NCBI GenBank assembly: GCA_032128375.1
Contig: JAQBGU010000246.1
Location: forward strand, 37,008-101,007
Direction: 5' to 3'
Length of the DNA: 64,000 nucleotides
Origin: Deltaproteobacteria bacterium
Lineage (GTDB): Bacteria > Myxococcota_A > UBA9160 > SMWR01
In this document: positions 58,654 to 64,000 of the stretch, piece after piece
How positions within the stretch are numbered: position 1 is the stretch's first letter
How the letters are laid out: every line of letters starts with the position of its first letter
Notes under the pieces: model-generated
Seen by the model: the letters and a program-made list of their open reading frames with translations, nothing else
Databases searched by the model: none
Told to the model about the DNA's origin: nothing
Translations under genes and position numbers: made by a program

Positions 58654-61600
58654 AGGGGCCGATCGCCTGGTTGGCCGAGAACCACGTCGCTGCGAACCTC
58701 TTGATGGGTGTGATGGTGTTCGGCGGTCTTTCAGCCTTGCCACAAATCCCACAGAAGTCGTTCCCCGATCTCGACGTCAACCTGATCACGGTCAGCGTCT
58801 TGTACCTGGGCGCGGCACCGGAGGAGGTCGAGGGAGGCGTCTGCATTCGGATCGAGGAGGAGCTCGAGGGCATCGAGGGGGTGGAACGCATCCAGTCCAC
58901 TGCAAACGAAGGACGCTGCACGGTTAGCGTCGAACTGTTCGAATCTGCAGATGACGCGAGCGCTCTCGACGACGTGAAGAATCGCGTCGATGCGATCACG
59001 ACTTTTCCGGCAGAAACCGAAAAGCCGATCATCGAACTCGCGTCCGCGCGCCGCTCGGTGATGGATATCGCGATCACCGGGCCGAACGATGAACGCGAGC
59101 TCAAGGCGCTTGGTCAGCGCGTGCGCGACGAGATCGCAGCACTGCCTTCGGTGACTCAGGTCGCGCTGCTGAACACACGTCCCTACGAAGTCTCGATCGA
59201 GGTGTCGGAGGCGTCGTTGCGTCGCAATGGGCTGTCATTCGAACAGGTCGCCAATGCAGTTCGAAGTGCTTCGCTGGATTTGCCTGGCGGCTCGATCAAG
59301 ACCGCCGGGGGAGAGATCCTGCTTCGCACCAATGGGCAGGCCTACTGGGGCGCGGATTTCGAACAGCTCGTGGTCCGGACCCGCACCGACGGCACACGCA
59401 TCCTGCTGCGCGACGTCGCCCAGGTGATCGATGGTTTCGAGGACACCGACCAGCAGGTTCGGTTCGACGGGAAGCGCGCCGCGATCATTCGTGTGTCGCG
59501 CGTTGGTGACCAGGACATCCTCGAGATTACGGCCGCGCTGAATCACTACCTCGAAACGGCCCCCGAGCGTCTGCCAGCCGGTGTCGAGTTGACGATCTGG
59601 AGCGACGGCTCGCTGCAGCTGCGCGATCGGCTCGATACGCTGCTGAGCAGCGCGCGCCAGGGTTTCTTGATGGTGTTGATCTTGTTGGCGCTGTTTCTCA
59701 GGCCCCGACTCGCATTCTGGGTCAGCGTCGGCGTGCCGGCGTCGTTTCTCGGCGCGGTATGGCTCATCTGGGTGTTGGGGATGTCGATCGATGGGATCTC
59801 GCTTTTCGGCTTCATCCTGGTGCTCGGCATCCTGGTCGATGATGCGATCGTGGTAGGCGACAGCGTTCATTCGCGACAGCAGTCAGAAGGCAGCTGGCTA
59901 CCAGCGGCCATCGATGGAACCCGCGAAGTCTCCGTCCCCGTGATCTTCGGCGTGCTGACGACAGTCGCCGCGTTCATGCCAATGCTGTTTGGACCCGGGT
60001 TCATCGGACAGGTTCAATCGATCATCGCGACGGTCGTCATGTGCTGTCTGCTGTTCTCTCTGATCGAGTCTCAACTCGTGCTGCCCGCTCACCTCGGTCA
60101 CCGGCACGCGGAAACCCCGGCTGCCGAGGTTGGGCTGCTGCTGCTCCCGGTAATCGGCATCATCCTGCTCGGCATTGCCTGGGACCTGCGCAGCTACATC
60201 GCACTCGCTGTCGGTTGTGCCTCGGTGATTTTCGCTTGGCAGAAAAGTGGCGGCTACGGCCGCGCTGCGGCTGCACTGATCGAACTGCAGTCGAGATTCT
60301 CGGGAGGTCTCGAACGCTTCATCGGCGGGCCTTTCCGACAGGCGGTGAGCCATGCTGTGGATCGGCGCTACACGACCGCGGCCGTCGCGGTCTTTGCACT
60401 GATCGCGACGTTTGGAGTCCTCGCGAGCGGTCGGCTGCCGTTCTCGTTTTTTCCGCCGCTGGAATCCGATCAGGTCACAGCGAAGCTCACGATGCCTCTC
60501 GGCACGTCTGCGAAGGTGACCCAGGACGCGGTATTGCAGCTGGAAAAGACGGCCAACGGGCTCGCATCGGTACTCGCGGAAGAAGCCGAGAAGGGCCCGC
60601 CGGTGACACACATCCTGGCGGCGATCGGCGGACATCCGGTCAGCGATTCCGGCCAGGGCCCTCCAGGTGGTGGGGGCGGGATCAACCAGGGCGGCCACCT
60701 GGGCGAAGTCACGATGCAGCTTACACCGGGACAGTCTCGCGACATCGAGACCCGCGACGTCGCGCTTCGTTGGCGAGAGCTTTCGGGTGCGGTGCCCGAC
60801 GCGGTCGAGCTCACCTTCGAGTCTTCGCTGTTTTCGGTAGGAGAAGCGATCAATATTCAGCTCGAAGGTGACGAACTCGATGAACTGCGTGTCGTTGCTG
60901 CCGCGATTCGAGAGTCGCTCGCCATGTACCCGGGCGTGATCGACATCACCGACTCGTTTCGGTCGGGCAAACGCGAACTCGAGCTCGACCTTCTGCCGTC
61001 GGGCGAGGTGCTCGGCCTCACGTTGCGGGACTTGGCTCGCCAGGTGCGCCAGGCGTTCTACGGCGAGGAGATCCAGCGCGTCCAGCGCGGGCGTGATGAG
61101 GTGCGCGTGATGGTCCGCTACACCGATGCGGAACGTCGCTCACTCGGAGCGTTGGACGATATGCGCATCCGGACGCCAGACGGTTCGGAAGTTCCGTTTG
61201 CAACCGTTGCGCAAGCGCGCCTCGGACGCGGCTTTTCGTCGATCAAGCGCGCGGATCGCCGACGTGTCGTGAACGTCACCGCCGACGTCAACCGAACGCT
61301 GACCACCGCCAACGAAGTTCTCGCCCAGATGCGCGCTGGCGAGATCCAAACGATCATGGCGGACCATCCACGGGTCGCCTACCGGCTCGAGGGACAGCAG
61401 CGCCAACAGGGCGAGGCCGTCAGCGGTTTGATTCCGCTGTTCGGGATTGCGCTGTTCCTGATCTTTGCTCTGCTGGCGATTCCGTTGCGCTCGTACAGTC
61501 AGCCTCTGATCATCATGAGTGTCATTCCATTCGCGCTGGTCGGCGCCGTTGCTGGGCACCTGCTGATGAAGAGCTTCGGCTTGATCACGGGCCTTGCGAT

Positions 61601-61985
61601 GATGAGTGTAATGGGATTCATCGCAGCGTCTGGCGTGGTCGTGAACTCGAGCCTGGTGCTTGTGCACGCGGTCAACGGGCGACGCGCAATAGGCGCCACG
61701 GTGCGCGAAGCCGTGATCGAGGCAGCGGTGACCCGCTTCCGCCCCGTCGTGCTCACGTCGTTGACGACGTTCGTGGGGCTACTGCCGTTGATGATCAATC
61801 GCAGCGTGCAGGCCCAGTTTCTGGTTCCGATGGCGATCTCGTTGTCGTTCGGAGTTCTATTCGCCACCGTCGTCACGCTGTTGGTGGTTCCGGCCGGCTA
61901 CCTGCTGCTCGAGGATCTCCGAGCGTTGCGAAAAAAGAAACCTCGGCTCGGTGTGGCGCTGGTCGAAGACGGGCGAGCCGCATGA
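58650..61985 (+). CDS. RND efflux permease (AcrB/AcrD/AcrF family)
   Basis: TTGA overlap; NHVAANLLM, GAAPEEVE, GILVDDAIVVG, RFRPVVLTSLTT, AQFLVPMA. Confidence 0.92.
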   Translation: MKGPIAWLAENHVAANLLMGVMVFGGLSALPQIPQKSFPDLDVNLITVSVLYLGAAPEEVEGGVCIRIEEELEGIEGVERIQSTANEGRCTVSVELFESADDASALDDVKNRVDAITTFPAETEKPIIELASARRSVMDIAITGPNDERELKALGQRVRDEIAALPSVTQVALLNTRPYEVSIEVSEASLRRNGLSFEQVANAVRSASLDLPGGSIKTAGGEILLRTNGQAYWGADFEQLVVRTRTDGTRILLRDVAQVIDGFEDTDQQVRFDGKRAAIIRVSRVGDQDILEITAALNHYLETAPERLPAGVELTIWSDGSLQLRDRLDTLLSSARQGFLMVLILLALFLRPRLAFWVSVGVPASFLGAVWLIWVLGMSIDGISLFGFILVLGILVDDAIVVGDSVHSRQQSEGSWLPAAIDGTREVSVPVIFGVLTTVAAFMPMLFGPGFIGQVQSIIATVVMCCLLFSLIESQLVLPAHLGHRHAETPAAEVGLLLLPVIGIILLGIAWDLRSYIALAVGCASVIFAWQKSGGYGRAAAALIELQSRFSGGLERFIGGPFRQAVSHAVDRRYTTAAVAVFALIATFGVLASGRLPFSFFPPLESDQVTAKLTMPLGTSAKVTQDAVLQLEKTANGLASVLAEEAEKGPPVTHILAAIGGHPVSDSGQGPPGGGGGINQGGHLGEVTMQLTPGQSRDIETRDVALRWRELSGAVPDAVELTFESSLFSVGEAINIQLEGDELDELRVVAAAIRESLAMYPGVIDITDSFRSGKRELELDLLPSGEVLGLTLRDLARQVRQAFYGEEIQRVQRGRDEVRVMVRYTDAERRSLGALDDMRIRTPDGSEVPFATVAQARLGRGFSSIKRADRRRVVNVTADVNRTLTTANEVLAQMRAGEIQTIMADHPRVAYRLEGQQRQQGEAVSGLIPLFGIALFLIFALLAIPLRSYSQPLIIMSVIPFALVGAVAGHLLMKSFGLITGLAMMSVMGFIAASGVVVNSSLVLVHAVNGRRAIGATVREAVIEAAVTRFRPVVLTSLTTFVGLLPLMINRSVQAQFLVPMAISLSFGVLFATVVTLLVVPAGYLLLEDLRALRKKKPRLGVALVEDGRAA

Positions 61986-62098
61986 TCGCGCGTTCCCGGC
62001 ATTCCGATGAGGCTCCCAATTCGTCGCCTGATGCGACACGGATCCGCTTTCGAACCCTTTGACGAATCGGTGCCCGCACAACCACAGAGGAAGGCAGC

Positions 62099-62553
62099 AT
62101 GAACAATCTGGCCCGCATCGTATGTGTAATTGTGTGTGTATTCGCGATCGCGCTGGCAACCTCAGCTTGCGTCGACCCGAAAGAGCAGAGGCCGGGTTTG
62201 CGCTTGTCCGGCGAGTGGTCGAGCGCGAGACCAGCGACTGGTCGTTTGTCGCCAGCGAGCAGACCATCTTCGTAGAAACGCGGACCTGGTACCTGATCCC
62301 GCATTCTGTGACAACAGTCTACCGGGTGCACGATGGCGAGCTGTACGTTCCGGCGCGCGATCCAGAAACAAAGAGATGGCCGAAAAACGTAGCCAGTGAC
62401 CCTCGGGTTCGGCTCGAGATCGCCGGTCGAGTCTACGAGCGAAAGGCGGTCTTGATCACTGACACGGCCATCTCCGACGAGGTGCTCGGGGTGGCGCCCG
62501 GCGATCCCCGGCCCAACGTAGTCGTGTATCGCATGGATCCGCGCGAGAGCTGA
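62099..62553 (+). pseudogene. Lipoprotein with a split-barrel (DUF2255/nitroreductase-like) domain, 1-nt frameshift at about 62215
   Basis: GAGGA RBS, MNNLARIVCVIVCVFAIALATSAC-VDPKEQRPGLRLSGE, then in another frame VVERETSDWSF...PHSVT...WPKNVASDPRVRLEIAGRVYE; one G is missing from GAG-GTG. Confidence 0.7.
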
Positions 62554-62597
62554 AATGTTGTACCCGGACCGAGGGAGTGCGGCGACGGTGTGTCGCG

Positions 62598-63215
62598 TCA
62601 GGCGCTCGCGCTGGGTCGCTCCGCCACCGCTCGATACCAACGTGACAGGTGTGATTGCTCGCTCGAATGGGGCAGGTCGTTCAATTTCGCTGCAAAATCG
62701 GCCGTGCAGAGCGCGATGATGTCCGCGAATGAGAAGCTGTCGCCCGCGATGAATTCGTGGTCTTCCAGGTGTCGATCCATGAATTCGAAGTAGCTTCGCA
62801 CCATCGTTCGACTTTGTTCGGCCATTTCGGGGATCTGTTGCTTCACCACACTCTTCGTGAGCGGGGAGCCGTGAACCCACACCATTCCCACCGGCGTCAT
62901 GAAGTTGAGCTCGATTCGCCGGATCCACATCTCGACGATGCCCTTGTCACGGGAGCTGGCGCCGAACAACGGCGGGTCTGGATGTTCTGCCTCGAAGTAG
63001 CGGCAGATAGCGACAGACTCTGCGATGTGAAAGCCATCATCGAGCTCCAGAACTGGCAGGCCTCCCATCGCATTGACCCGACTCATGAATTCATGCGCGC
63101 GGTTCTCGCGCTTCATGATGTCGACTTGCTCGAAGGGAACGTCGATCCCCTTCTCGGCCAGGTAGATGTGAACTCTTCGGGGATTCGGTGCGCCGGCGAA
63201 TGTATACAGCTTCAT
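62598..63215 (-). CDS. Glutathione S-transferase family protein
   Basis: APNPRRVHIYLAEKGI, LPVLELDDG, ESVAICRY, FIAGDSFSFADI. Confidence 0.93.
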   Translation of the reverse strand: MKLYTFAGAPNPRRVHIYLAEKGIDVPFEQVDIMKRENRAHEFMSRVNAMGGLPVLELDDGFHIAESVAICRYFEAEHPDPPLFGASSRDKGIVEMWIRRIELNFMTPVGMVWVHGSPLTKSVVKQQIPEMAEQSRTMVRSYFEFMDRHLEDHEFIAGDSFSFADIIALCTADFAAKLNDLPHSSEQSHLSRWYRAVAERPSASA

Positions 63216-63836
63216 CACAAGAGGTTAGCGCGCCCGTCGTCACGACCTACGGCTTGGACAGTTTCGGAACCAGAACAGTCCGCGAGGTAGAATTTTCGCT
63301 GCGAAGATGTCCGCCTTGCGAGAGATGCTGGCTGCCAACATCTTTGCCAGCGGACTCGAGGTCTGCTTTCCAATCAACTCGATTTCCAATCAGGAATCAA
63401 TCACGTGAACCATCAGCGGACACAACTGTGAGCGATGCGAGGGTACACACCGGAGCAGTGCCGCGCGTCGACACGCGGCGGGAAGCGAATGAACCGCCGC
63501 ACGGGTGTCCCGGTTGTAGGAGTTCTGCCCCAGCTCGGCTGACACCCGATCACGACACGAAATGAATCACGGGTGGTGATCAATTTCGGAAATTTTCGAG
63601 CGATAGTCAGGATAACCCTCTACTCTTGGCCGCGGATGTGGGAGGTGAGTGCCCGATCCGGGAGAGTGGGCGAGTCGGCCTATGGCTCCCGGCAGTCTTG
63701 CTGGTCGCCGGCAGCACACGACCCCTCTGGCCCTTCGCTCTGCGCCGGTTTCCAATAACGGTCCCATGTTTTCCAATCGCCGCGCGGGTCGAGCACGACC
63801 TGACGTGCGGCATCGCATGATAATGAGGAACTTTGC

Positions 63837-64000
63837 ATGAGCGGATCCGCCCTTGTTCAACGAACCGCGCTGATTTTTGTTCTCACGTTCCTCTTCGCAT
63901 TCGTGTCGCATCCCGAGGCTGCTCAGGCCCAGGTAGGATCCTGCGGCAACGGGACCATCCAACCCCCAGAGGCCTGCGATGACGGCAACGCGGTCGCGGG
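63837..64000 (+). CDS. Partial exported protein with a Myxococcus-type cysteine-rich repeat (DUF4215-like); runs off the window
   Basis: GAGGA RBS, ATG 63837, signal peptide MSGSALVQRTALIFVLTFLFAFVSHPEAAQA, then CGNGTIQPPEACDDGNAVAG; absent from the ORF track. Confidence 0.75.
   Translation, partial: MSGSALVQRTALIFVLTFLFAFVSHPEAAQAQVGSCGNGTIQPPEACDDGNAVA

Overview
GC-rich bacterial chromosomal window, probably from a Myxococcota-like lineage. This is inferred from a partial Myxococcus-type Cys-rich repeat protein at the right edge and many lipid/acyl-CoA and LLM-type oxidoreductases. I see no rRNA, tRNA, CRISPR array or transposase. Content: an acetyl-CoA transferase; a metal-uptake operon (CxxC/RAPP leader, OM barrel, ZnuA-like and ZnuB-like genes, no ATPase); an AhpD-like gene; a heme c + Vgb-like propeller protein; hydrolases, SDRs and LLMs; a FixL-like PAS kinase with a lone receiver; RecQ; a czcCBA-type efflux operon with a Cys-rich leader; TauD, TesB, M20 and M3 peptidases; a partly decayed envelope block (K+ pore, DUF2092, Gly-rich protein, pqiAABC, ZntB-like); a DddW/DddK-like cupin; and a PsrA-like TetR + RND locus. 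The most notable hidden signal is that two ORFs split by the ORF track (5595..6548 and 6567..7013) are in frame across a single TGA. That TGA completes an AhpD-type CxxU motif (ECFY-U-TASH) and is followed by a SECIS-like hairpin, so this is probably a 402-aa selenoprotein. Also notable: two candidate metal-sensing arrest-peptide leaders (one before uptake genes, one before efflux genes), several intergenic 12-14-bp tandem arrays, and several frameshifted or remnant genes.
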